From assembly GCA_002720935.1 (NCBI GenBank), contig PBIV01000054.1, forward strand, positions 1 through 48,784: a DNA stretch of 48,784 bases, read 5' to 3'. The DNA comes from Rickettsiales bacterium (lineage in GTDB: Bacteria; Pseudomonadota; Alphaproteobacteria; Micavibrionales; GCA-2720935). The position numbers were made by a program, and so were the translations under genes. Positions 1 to 8,673 of this stretch are shown one piece after another (the first letter of the stretch is position 1; the number at the start of each line of letters is the position of its first letter). The notes beneath the pieces are model-generated. The model did not search any database. It had not been told where the DNA came from and was given only the letters and a program-made list of their open reading frames with translations.

Positions 1-76
1 CACCCGCGATAAATCCTGTAGTCGGCTTTTTAATCTTTGATTGCTTTAAGAATTCAGCAGCCTCTTCTTCTGCATC

Positions 77-1897
77 TTGGATTGTACGGTTAAAGCCCGT
101 GATAAGGCTGTTGAATTAGTTGTACGATATAAACCAGGAACAGAAAGATTCCTTAAGGCGGATCCTGTTCGAATTAGGCAGATTTTAGGAAACCTCGTCA
201 GTAATGCGATTAAGTTTACCCCAAAAGGGCACATTATTTTGACGGTCACTTCAGAACAAGAAGACAGTAAAGCCGCGTCATTAACATTCATGGTTGAAGA
301 TACAGGGATTGGCTTAACACAAGAACAACAAGAAAAAGTCTTTGAAAAATTTGCACAAGCTGATAACTCAACCACGAGAAAATATGGTGGCACGGGCTTG
401 GGGCTTTCAATTTGTAAAAGCCTAGTTGACTTAATGGGCGGTGAAATAAAGCTCGAGAGTAAAGAAAATGAAGGCTCAAAATTCTCATTTACAATTCCCC
501 TTAATAAATCAGAAAAACTGAATAAGCCGAAAAAAGACTATGAGAATTTAAGGCCAGTTCGTGTGCTTGTTGTCGATGATTTATATGTTGTCAGAAAGCT
601 TGTCACAGAACGTCTCACATATTCGGGGATTAGGTGTGATGAAGCGGAAGATGCACATCAAGCGTTAACCTTGATGGTTGAGGCATCACAAACAAATGAT
701 CCTTATCAGCTTGTTATTATTGATTATCTAATGCCAGATTTAAATGGGGAGAAATTAGCATCGGTTATTAATGATCATGAAGATTTAAGAAAGGCATGTT
801 TGGTCATGGTAACATCGGCAGGAACACCATTGGCGGATGACAGATTTTCGGAAAAAGGGTTTTCTGCTTATCTGCCAAAACCAATTAGTAATGAAGCCTT
901 TATCTATAATCTTGCCTATATTTGGGAGCAATATAATAAAGGTATGAAGAATGAGCTGATTAAATTTGATAAATTTTCAAGTTTTGACACCGTCATAAAT
1001 GATGAAGAGCTTGATTTAACAGGCAAGAAAATTCTTATTGCAGAAGATAACATCGTAAACCAAGCCTTTATTAAAGAGATTTTGGAAGAAACAAATGTTG
1101 AATACACAATAGTACATAACGGTGTTGAAGCCGTAAATGCAGTGATTGAAAAGTCTTTTGATCTCATCATTATGGATTGTTTAATGCCAGACATGGATGG
1201 GTTTGAAGCATCAAGAAAAATCACAGATTTAAAAACAAAAGGTGTGATCAAAGAGGTTTCAATTTTGGCTCTGACAGCGAATGCGATGAAGGGGGATCGT
1301 GATAAATGTTTGCAAGCTGGTATGAATGATTACCTTTCAAAACCAGTTCGAAAAAAAGAACTAAAAAATAAAATTGCATCTATGATTTTCGCTGATTCAG
1401 ATAAACAAATGTTAGGCAAAACTAAAGCCCCACAAGAAATTAAACCAATGCTTAATAATAGCGGTATTGTGTCTACGCAAACCAGTGTTGCAAATGTTAT
1501 AGGTCTGAACAAAAAGATAAAACCAACACACAAGAATGATTATCTTGATATTGATGCGGTAAATAATGCTAAAAATATTTTGAAAGATAAATACGGCGAC
1601 ATGGTACAGGTTTATATTGAAAACAGTAAGGAGAGGATTTCTGAAATCCAAGAGGCAATATCCAATAAGGATATCGAAGCGTCTATCAGACCAGCGCATA
1701 CGTTAAAGTCAACAAGTAAACAAATGGGGGCATTGTATCTCTCAAACCTTGCCAAGGATGTTGAATATTCATCAAAATCTTTACAAGCAAACTCCATTAT
1801 TAATCAACAAGATTTTGATCGTTTAAATGATCAGCTTAAAGAGATATTGATATGTCTTAGTGATACTGAAATGGCCTTTAAGAATATTGATCTTTAG
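77..1897 (+). CDS. hybrid sensor histidine kinase / response regulator (HATPase_c + two REC + C-terminal HPt); sensor and DHp/H-box parts missing in this frame
   Basis: N-box LGNLVSNAIKFT, G1 EDTGIGL, G2 GGTGLGLSI. Two receiver domains (VLVVDD...; ILIAEDN...DLIIMDCLMPDMDG...SKP). HPt motif RPAHTLKSTSKQMGA. The frame is closed upstream by TGA 38-40 and TAA 47-49; the ORF-track start is a TTG. Confidence 0.85.
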   Translation: MDCTVKARDKAVELVVRYKPGTERFLKADPVRIRQILGNLVSNAIKFTPKGHIILTVTSEQEDSKAASLTFMVEDTGIGLTQEQQEKVFEKFAQADNSTTRKYGGTGLGLSICKSLVDLMGGEIKLESKENEGSKFSFTIPLNKSEKLNKPKKDYENLRPVRVLVVDDLYVVRKLVTERLTYSGIRCDEAEDAHQALTLMVEASQTNDPYQLVIIDYLMPDLNGEKLASVINDHEDLRKACLVMVTSAGTPLADDRFSEKGFSAYLPKPISNEAFIYNLAYIWEQYNKGMKNELIKFDKFSSFDTVINDEELDLTGKKILIAEDNIVNQAFIKEILEETNVEYTIVHNGVEAVNAVIEKSFDLIIMDCLMPDMDGFEASRKITDLKTKGVIKEVSILALTANAMKGDRDKCLQAGMNDYLSKPVRKKELKNKIASMIFADSDKQMLGKTKAPQEIKPMLNNSGIVSTQTSVANVIGLNKKIKPTHKNDYLDIDAVNNAKNILKDKYGDMVQVYIENSKERISEIQEAISNKDIEASIRPAHTLKSTSKQMGALYLSNLAKDVEYSSKSLQANSIINQQDFDRLNDQLKEILICLSDTEMAFKNIDL

Positions 1898-1910
1898 AAA
1901 AATTGTTTTG

Positions 1911-2047
1911 CGAGATATCAATACCGCGCTCGTACAATATATCTTCAAAGTTTCGCAAACTTAGCGGATAACGTACGTAATATTGTACAGCTAATTTAAT
2001 GATTTCAGTGCTAGTTTTGAAATATTTGAAGTGTTTTTTTTGCTCAT
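1911..2047 (-). pseudogene. IS6-family transposase, N-terminal remnant (about 45 codons), frameshifted at an A8 run
   Basis: The minus strand reads HFKYFKTSTEIIKLAVQYYVRYPLSLRNFEDILYERGIDIS. This parallels the IS26 Tnp N-terminus HFQRDIILWAVRWYCKYGISYRELQEMLAERGVNVD. The ATG at 2045-2047 is out of frame across the homopolymer at 2034-2041, and similarity stops where the kinase 3' end begins. Confidence 0.65.
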
Positions 2048-2488
2048 AATTGAGAATATTATGTATAAATTACCAAAACAATGAATGATTCATCCAGCAA
2101 TATTTCTCAAGCTTTAAAAGAAAGTGGGGAGAGGATTGTAGAGCATTTGTCAGAGGCAGGTAAAGCCGTTTCAGGTGAAATTACAGATACTGTAGGGAAT
2201 ATGTCTCGTTCGGTTACACGGTTTACGGTATTCCTTGTCTGAACCGTTTGAACTCTGTCGAAATTGTACCTTCATTCATATTAAAGGGTATAATGTATTG
2301 ATGTAAAATGAATATGGCTAGTTTGAATTTAAAAAATACCCCCAAACGTACCCCCGATAATTAATTAATGTGTTTAACTATAACGGGCTTGCATAAAATA
2401 TACATAACACCAACAGTATTTAACATATGCACAATTCTAATGCTTGATAAACTTTACAAAATCTCTTTATAAGTGTGTTTCTAGCGGG

Positions 2489-2704
2489 TCAAAAACCGAC
2501 CTGGAAATTAATCCTTAAAGCCTTAGATATTTTTATAACATTCTTCAAGGTAATAGAAGTTTTGCCACTTTCTAATAATGAAATCGTTGAGCGATGAACA
2601 CCAGCTAGTTCCGCTAATTTTTCATGTGAAAGTCCTTGCTTTAATCTCTCTTCCTTAACCTTTTTTACAATGTCTTGTATTTTTTGATCTACTTCATTCA
2701 TCAA
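2489..2704 (-). CDS. XRE-family helix-turn-helix transcriptional regulator (likely start ATG 2699-2701)
   Basis: 71 aa with the typical HTH_3 pattern LKQGLSHEKLAELAGVHRSTISLLESGKTSITLKNVIKISKAL. It is divergent from the glycosyltransferase gene, with operators between them. Confidence 0.85.
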   Translation of the reverse strand: MMNEVDQKIQDIVKKVKEERLKQGLSHEKLAELAGVHRSTISLLESGKTSITLKNVIKISKALRINFQVGF

Positions 2705-2721
2705 AAATGATTGTTACCTTA

Positions 2722-2750
2722 TTGACAGATCAAAGATACGTGAATATATT
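2722..2750 (+). promoter_or_regulatory. sigma70-type promoter for the glycosyltransferase/acyltransferase pair
   Basis: TTGACA (2722-2727), 17-nt spacer, TATATT (2745-2750). The -10 lies inside the first palindromic operator. Confidence 0.6.
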
Positions 2751-2776
2751 CACATAAAATACGTGAATATATTCAC
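2740..2776. promoter_or_regulatory. two tandem perfect 14-bp palindromic operators, GTGAATATATTCAC
   Basis: Identical palindromes at 2740-2753 and 2763-2776, 23 bp centre to centre. They sit within a 19-bp direct repeat ATACGTGAATATATTCACA, between the divergent XRE and glycosyltransferase genes. Confidence 0.75.
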
Positions 2777-2789
2777 AGGAATGTAAACC

Positions 2790-3788
2790 ATGTCAAAAGA
2801 AAAGAAAGTACTTATTTTTGCCCCAGATAGTCCGCACACAAAAAAATTTATAAATATGATAGATGGAATATTAGATTATCAATTAATTCTTCAACAGAAT
2901 GATCTAAATTTAGACTATGGCAATAAAACAAGTCGTATAAAAAATAAAAGTATTCAATCATTATTCCAAATAATGAAAAGTCTTTGGTTTAGCCCGTTTA
3001 AATATGATGTAGTACATCTTCATTTTATCAATTTTACAGCTTTCATCGTTTCTTTATTATCAATAAAACCTATCATTGTAACCGCTTGGGGGTCAGATGT
3101 ATTAGTGGTGCCTGAAAAAAAACTGTTATACAGAATGATGATAAAGTTCGTCTTATGGCGTTCAGAAATCATAACAGCAAATAGCTCTCAAACCATGAGA
3201 GTAGCAATTAACATTCTCGCGCCAAAACGTAAAGTTAACAAAGTCCATTTTGGTATCAACCAATACTGTAAAAAAACACCCCATCAAGAAAAAGAGAATC
3301 TAATTTATTCTCCACGAAATCATGCCCCACTTTACAACATAGAAAAGGTAATCCATTCTTTTGAAGAGTTTTATAAAAACAACCCCAGCTGGAAGCTTGT
3401 TATTTCAGGAAGGGAAGACCCAACAAAAACCCCACAATTAAAAAAAATGGCGCAAGGTCTCCCCATTGAGTTTACAGGGTGGATAACAGAAGAAGAGCAC
3501 GCCTTATGGTTATCAAAAGCTAAAATCGTTGTTTCAATCCCATCAAGTGACGCCCTATCTGTAACACTTATGGAGGCAATATATTCAAATTGTGTTTGTT
3601 TTGTATCCGACCTTAATTCAAATAAGGAAGTTATTACAGAAGGCATGAATGGATTCATATCAACTCAATTCGACCTGCATGAGAAAATAGATATTAAAAT
3701 GATGGAAAAATTAAATGAAAAAATTTCAGAGACGTGGACGTTTGAATACCAAAAAAAATCATTCCTTAAAATTTATAAAATAATATAG
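2790..3788 (+). CDS. glycosyltransferase, GT-B fold family 1/4 type (polysaccharide or LPS modification)
   Basis: 332 aa. N-half motif ITAWGSDVLVVPEKK and C-half EAIYSNCVCFVSDLNSNKEVITEGMNGF, the E-x7-E-like GT1 region. Confidence 0.75.
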   Translation: MSKEKKVLIFAPDSPHTKKFINMIDGILDYQLILQQNDLNLDYGNKTSRIKNKSIQSLFQIMKSLWFSPFKYDVVHLHFINFTAFIVSLLSIKPIIVTAWGSDVLVVPEKKLLYRMMIKFVLWRSEIITANSSQTMRVAINILAPKRKVNKVHFGINQYCKKTPHQEKENLIYSPRNHAPLYNIEKVIHSFEEFYKNNPSWKLVISGREDPTKTPQLKKMAQGLPIEFTGWITEEEHALWLSKAKIVVSIPSSDALSVTLMEAIYSNCVCFVSDLNSNKEVITEGMNGFISTQFDLHEKIDIKMMEKLNEKISETWTFEYQKKSFLKIYKII

Positions 3789-4787
3789 ATGAACGCATAT
3801 TTTATTCCAAAGATGAAATATAAAATCATAAACAATATCCAATTATTAAGAGCGTTAGCCGCAATTAACGTTATTATTTTTCATACAATTGGAACTTCTA
3901 CACTATATGATTTAGATACTAATTTCTTAAGCTACTTTGAAGGCTGGGGTAAAAATGGGGTTGATCTATTTTTCGTTATATCAGGGTTTGTCATTTACCA
4001 TAGCCATCAAAATAAAAAATTAGAATTTAAGGAGTTTATAAAAGCACGTTTCATAAGAATCATACCTGCCTATTATATTTTAACTACGGTTTTTGTTTTA
4101 TTAGTCTTAATTCTACCGAGCTTATTTAAATCCTTCTCTTTAGGTGCTGACCATTTAGTGAGCTCATATCTTTTCGTTTCAAATTTATTTTTAGACAAAA
4201 ACCCAGTCTTGTATCTTGGGTGGACATTAGAATGGGAAATATTCTTCTATTTCCTTTTTGCATTTTCAATTTTCTTAAAAAATGAAAATTTAAAGATTTT
4301 CTTCTTAATAACAACTATCTTTTTAGCAACCATAATATTCAGCTCTAGCCTTATAGGGTTGGAATTTATTTTAGGAATTCTAATTGCTAAAATTTACCAT
4401 ACTGATATCAAAGTAAAGAATCCTCAATTATTACTTATCGTAGGTCTAATCCTGTTAAGCGCATCAATATTCGTTAACCTAAATATTGACCGTTTTTTTA
4501 CTTGGGGTATTCCATGCTCTTTAATTGTCTGTGCTTGCCTATACATAAAACAAACGAGCAATAAATTACTTATATACTTAGGTAACGCTTCGTACAGTAT
4601 TTATCTAATACAAGTATTCACTATACCTGCATTTTACAAAATAGTCCTCATGACAAAATTACCAATTACAAACGACATACTAGCCTTTTTTTGTATCGTT
4701 GGAACTGTTGTAGTTGGATCTACATTTTACATTTTAATAGAAAAGCCATCTCATACTTATTTTAAAGGATTACTGAGGAGGAAATAA
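3789..4787 (+). CDS. acyltransferase family 3 (OafA/YrhL-like integral-membrane O-acyltransferase)
   Basis: 332 aa with about 10 hydrophobic helices. N-terminal signature NNIQLLRALAAINVIIFH and GVDLFFVISGFVI. The ATG directly abuts the glycosyltransferase stop. Confidence 0.85.
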   Translation: MNAYFIPKMKYKIINNIQLLRALAAINVIIFHTIGTSTLYDLDTNFLSYFEGWGKNGVDLFFVISGFVIYHSHQNKKLEFKEFIKARFIRIIPAYYILTTVFVLLVLILPSLFKSFSLGADHLVSSYLFVSNLFLDKNPVLYLGWTLEWEIFFYFLFAFSIFLKNENLKIFFLITTIFLATIIFSSSLIGLEFILGILIAKIYHTDIKVKNPQLLLIVGLILLSASIFVNLNIDRFFTWGIPCSLIVCACLYIKQTSNKLLIYLGNASYSIYLIQVFTIPAFYKIVLMTKLPITNDILAFFCIVGTVVVGSTFYILIEKPSHTYFKGLLRRK

Positions 4788-4872
4788 ATTGAAACAAAAA
4801 ATAAAAACCTTTTTACAAAACAGAAAAACGGCTGTAGGTATTTTCTTTGCTTCGCTAATAATCAATAAATCA

Positions 4873-4974
4873 TCAAAAAAAACTTTTTCCAACCCCCCAT
4901 TTTCCTTTTATAACCAATACCTGATTTTCATTGGCTACTAAGAACTGTTTTAAAATGTTTTCATATAGTTTCAT
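4873..4974 (-). pseudogene. 33-codon fragment carrying a Walker A loop (remnant of a P-loop NTPase N-terminus)
   Basis: The minus strand reads MKLYENILKQFLVANENQVLVIKGKWGVGKSFF then stops inside a T8 run (plus-strand A8, 4875-4882). It lies 13 nt downstream of the SMC-like ATPase gene. Confidence 0.3.
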
Positions 4975-4986
4975 AGTGAGCTTAGG

Positions 4987-6945
4987 TTAATTTAACTTTT
5001 TTTTTAATAACTTAGTTCTTTCGCTAGGCATAAATAATACTCTATTAGCCAACAAGCCTTCAGGATACTTATGTATTCCGGTTGTTAAGATAACTTGACA
5101 TTTTTTATCTTTAATCTTTTCAAACTCTTCAAGGCATTTAATAAGATTTTGATGTTCTATTCCATTAGCTTGTGGAGTATCTATAAGGAGAAAGCGAGGG
5201 AATGGAATATTTGTGTTATCTATAGATAGTTTCAAGAGGGTTAAAAAGTACATCAGTCTAACCTGTACATTTGCGCTATGCTCTCTATATTCTCCCTCAT
5301 TGATTTGTGGCATGTAATCATCAATGCTTATTCTAGCATGACTACAGCTTTGTAAAGTATTTTTCATTAGCAGGTTATATATAGTATTAAAGTCTTTGAT
5401 CTTAGACTTTATATCATCCTGTGCTTGCAGCTCTTTCTTAATTTTTTCACTCTCTAAGTCTGTAACTTTACATTTGGCATTGCTGTATTTTTCTTGATAG
5501 CTTTCATATTTGCTTTCTATCTCAAGAATATTATGTAGATCAGCTATTTCTTGGCGGACTTTTAGAATTTCATCATCTATGTCATTTATTGTTTCTAAAT
5601 CAATTGTTTCATCTATTCTAAACAAATATTTTTTGAGGTTTTCTTTATAAATTGTACTTGTTTCTTTTAATGAAATGATTTTGTTTTGTGTTTTAAGTAT
5701 TTCGGAATTACAATCATTGATAGCGATTTGCACAGTTTTGTAACTTTTGATTTTTGATTTTAAAATATCGTTATATTCCTCTTGAGTGTAAAAAAATCTT
5801 TCATACCTTTCTTCCTCGATCTTGCTTCCACAAACACAATGATTTTTCGGGCGTTCAACTTTTGTTAGACAATAAGGGCAAGTGTCTGGCGTAAATAGCC
5901 CTAATTGATTATGTGTAAAAATCACTTTCATTATTTGTTCAATAGAAGCGATTGTTTCTTCTTCAATTTCTTTGATTTTTTTTCTTTCCGAATAAAGACT
6001 CATAATACGGCTACTCTCATCCGATAGTTCTATTTCAGCGTCGGATAATTTTCTTTTGGCCTCTTGTATGTTTTGCTCTAGATATGAGTCTTTATGCCTA
6101 TTTTGTTTGAAAGTCTTTCTGTGTGAATGTAGTCTTTCTAATTGTTTTTCTAATTCTTCGACCTCTTTTTGCAAAAAGATACTATTCTTTTTTTCTCTTT
6201 CTCCGCGAATTTTTATTGCTAGATTTGAATACTCATCTAATAAACTCTTTGTTAAATTTTTGTTTTTTTCTGCTAATTTTAAGTTAGAAATTGTTTTATA
6301 TAATTCGTTAAATTTCTCACCAATTAGAAGTTCAAAAACGGCTTTTCTTAAGTCTTTTGAGTCGTTTACAAAATTACGCTTTTCGTCGGGCTTTTTGTAT
6401 ATCTCATTCGCGTCCGTTGGTTGGTCATAATACATTAATCTCATTAAATCTGTAAAATTGATCATAAAGCTTCGATAACCACAGTGCACTTCAACAGGTT
6501 CTATTTTAAGTTTTTGCAATATCCAGTCTGAAAAAGTATTTTTGTTGTCAGGGCTACGATTTATGCTTAGAGACAGATCTTTTTCTTCATCAGGTAAAAT
6601 TGTTAGTTCAATTTTTCCGTTATCATTTATTTGCTCAGTAAATGAGCTTACTAAAATATTATTGTTAGCAAAAAAACGCCTTATTAGATAGGGCTCTTCT
6701 GATAGGTAAATGTATAAATCAACATAATTATTTGTGTCTCCCGCAATTTCTTTTTGGTATTCTTCTGAGCCAGAATTAAATTTTTCTACTTTTCCCCCAA
6801 AAGCAAAATAAATTAAATCGCAGAGTGTTGTTTTTCCAGTTCCATTAAAGCCCTCTATTAAAACAATACCGTCTTTTAGAAGTGGCGATTCAAAGAAGTA
6901 ATTATCTCCAGAATATATAATTTTTCTTATTTTTAAATTTTCCAC
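4987..6945 (-). CDS. lmuB: SMC/Rad50-like ABC ATPase with long coiled coil and CxxC zinc hook (Lamassu LmuB-like / ABC-3C ATPase)
   Basis: Walker A GFNGTGKTT (aa 32-40). A heptad-rich region of about 330 aa. CPYC-x10-CVC at aa 356-372. C-terminal Walker B/D-loop RFLLIDTPQANG and H-loop-like ILTTGIH. Confidence 0.75.
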   Translation of the reverse strand: MENLKIRKIIYSGDNYFFESPLLKDGIVLIEGFNGTGKTTLCDLIYFAFGGKVEKFNSGSEEYQKEIAGDTNNYVDLYIYLSEEPYLIRRFFANNNILVSSFTEQINDNGKIELTILPDEEKDLSLSINRSPDNKNTFSDWILQKLKIEPVEVHCGYRSFMINFTDLMRLMYYDQPTDANEIYKKPDEKRNFVNDSKDLRKAVFELLIGEKFNELYKTISNLKLAEKNKNLTKSLLDEYSNLAIKIRGEREKKNSIFLQKEVEELEKQLERLHSHRKTFKQNRHKDSYLEQNIQEAKRKLSDAEIELSDESSRIMSLYSERKKIKEIEEETIASIEQIMKVIFTHNQLGLFTPDTCPYCLTKVERPKNHCVCGSKIEEERYERFFYTQEEYNDILKSKIKSYKTVQIAINDCNSEILKTQNKIISLKETSTIYKENLKKYLFRIDETIDLETINDIDDEILKVRQEIADLHNILEIESKYESYQEKYSNAKCKVTDLESEKIKKELQAQDDIKSKIKDFNTIYNLLMKNTLQSCSHARISIDDYMPQINEGEYREHSANVQVRLMYFLTLLKLSIDNTNIPFPRFLLIDTPQANGIEHQNLIKCLEEFEKIKDKKCQVILTTGIHKYPEGLLANRVLFMPSERTKLLKKKLN

Positions 6946-7478
6946 AGGTTAAGGCCTCTATCCTCATATAGATTTTCTAGAAAAGTATCTAAATTGATTA
7001 TACTAAGCCTTTTTAAGCTTTTTTTTATCTGTTTAGCATTTGAGTATTCAGCTTTAAACATGTTTTTGTTATTAATAAACTCTTCAATGTTTTTTTTATT
7101 TAAACTAACGTCTATACTCTGTTGCTTGCTATTCTTTTTTAAATTGATAATAGATCTTTTTTCCATAGAGAAAAGTAATTTTAGTATAGCGCTGCGCCTT
7201 GATAAACCTCTAGTGTAGCTCTCGAATAGAATATTCTTATCGTAAGAACTTAATATTTTATCTTCACTATAATTAATGATTCTAGCTAATTTTTTGTTAA
7301 TGACAAACTCAATTAAAAATACCAATTTTCTGTAATCTTTAAAAAACTTTTCATCAACGCATTTCAGCGTTTGTAATAATATTAAAATTGAATAACAAAA
7401 GAGATAGAAGTCATCTCCGGATAAATACATTAATCTTTTTTTTGCATTGATATTAAATGTCATTTTGATCCTCATCAA
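6933..7478 (-). CDS. lmuC: small helical middle component (LmuC-like / ABC-3C middle component)
   Basis: About 176-181 aa with no enzymatic motif. It overlaps both neighbours (13 nt with the ATPase start, 11-26 nt with the nuclease stop), indicating translational coupling. The call rests on position and size. Confidence 0.5.
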   Translation of the reverse strand: MMRIKMTFNINAKKRLMYLSGDDFYLFCYSILILLQTLKCVDEKFFKDYRKLVFLIEFVINKKLARIINYSEDKILSSYDKNILFESYTRGLSRRSAILKLLFSMEKRSIINLKKNSKQQSIDVSLNKKNIEEFINNKNMFKAEYSNAKQIKKSLKRLSIINLDTFLENLYEDRGLNLWKI

Positions 7479-8673
7479 AAGATAAAAAACAGCCGTCGAA
7501 TAAATCTAATATTAGGCCTTCAACAGTTATAGAATTTGAGGAACTGTAATTATAGTCCTGTTTTAGTTTTTGAATGTTTGCACAAGAAAGTTGTTCCATT
7601 TCTTTTAGGGCATTATTGATATTCTCATCTTGTGTGAAATCGATTTTTTGTTGTGATAAAAAATCTAAGCATGATTCATAGGTCCTGTATTTTAATGACA
7701 ACATGCTTTTATCATTTTCTTTTTGCTCAGCTCTTGAGGTAACTACTTTTCTAGCGAAGTAACCTAATCTTTTAGTACTAAAATCAGGCTTAACCGAATA
7801 TATTTTTTCTTCTACGTTTCTTTTGTCATTTATCTCGATACTTTCGAGTTCTTGCCAAGTGGGATCGTTTTTTTGTGATGGGCTTTCAGATTCTACTCTA
7901 ATGAAAATTGACTTAATTTCGGATGAGTGTAATAGTTTGTTTACAAATCCTTCTTTATTTTGCTTTTGCTCAAGATTCTCCATTATTTGGCTAAATATTA
8001 GTTCCTCTTTATTGTGGTGATTGCATGTGAAAAATTTAGAGTTTCTAATTTTTTCTAATACACGCTCTTTTAAATTTTCTTCATTTTGTTCGCCAAACTT
8101 CCAAGAAATGCAACTCAAAAAGTTCTGAAAAGATTCTAAGCTCATTTCCTCTAGGTCTGAAAGGAAACCCGTTGTTTTTTTGCTTTTATATTGTTTTTTA
8201 TACTCATCAATAAGGCATTTTTTTATAATTATCAGTATCTCATCATTTACTTTTTTGTCTCTTGTCAATATTTCAAGGATAGGTTCGTCGGGCAGGTCTG
8301 GATATTCTGTTCTTTTATTTTCTTTCGCCACTCCCGCAGTTGTATAAAAACAAAAATTAGTAGCATTATAATCTTGTTGACATTGCCCTAAATAAATATC
8401 GAAAAACGCTACAAGCGTGTTTTTAACTTGTCTTGAAAAAAGAGAAAAATTCACCCGATCGTTGTAATTTTTGTTTTCTTCATAGTGATTACACTTTTCT
8501 GATGTTAGATTGTCCTGTTGAAAAGTATCTTCAAACATTTCAACGCCTGTATAAAAACAATGCTCATCTTTAATCGATAATTTATCAAAAATTAGATCTA
8601 CAGCTCTTATTCTCTGAAGACGAAATCCTTTTGTTTTATCTGAAGCTTCTCGATTGATATATTCCATTTCCAA
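7453..8673 (-). CDS. lmuA: effector with an N-terminal Cap4/DUF4297-type PD-(D/E)xK nuclease domain (LmuA-like)
   Basis: The N-terminus reads KGFRLQRIRAVDLIF ... GVEMFEDT ... YEENKNY. This matches the GFxYQ ... E-x-x-D ... E/Q-x-K layout of DUF4297 nucleases. It is the first gene of the three-gene operon. Confidence 0.6.
   Translation of the reverse strand: MEMEYINREASDKTKGFRLQRIRAVDLIFDKLSIKDEHCFYTGVEMFEDTFQQDNLTSEKCNHYEENKNYNDRVNFSLFSRQVKNTLVAFFDIYLGQCQQDYNATNFCFYTTAGVAKENKRTEYPDLPDEPILEILTRDKKVNDEILIIIKKCLIDEYKKQYKSKKTTGFLSDLEEMSLESFQNFLSCISWKFGEQNEENLKERVLEKIRNSKFFTCNHHNKEELIFSQIMENLEQKQNKEGFVNKLLHSSEIKSIFIRVESESPSQKNDPTWQELESIEINDKRNVEEKIYSVKPDFSTKRLGYFARKVVTSRAEQKENDKSMLSLKYRTYESCLDFLSQQKIDFTQDENINNALKEMEQLSCANIQKLKQDYNYSSSNSITVEGLILDLFDGCFLSFDEDQNDI

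Noticed and set aside
2081-2242. 54-codon ORF (MNDSSSNISQALKESGERIVEHLSEAGKAVSGEITDTV...) between the IS remnant and the XRE gene
   Set aside because: No RBS, no recognisable motif and no operon context. It cannot be supported as a gene from the sequence alone.
2335-2362. TACCCCC repeated twice; its reverse complement (TTATCGGGGGTACGTTTGGGG) loosely resembles 17683-17706 near the phage end (TATCGGGATAAGTTTACGG). Possible inverted repeats flanking the island
   Set aside because: About 16 of 22 positions match, and only with an indel, in low-complexity sequence. There is no extended terminal match, so chance is the likelier explanation.
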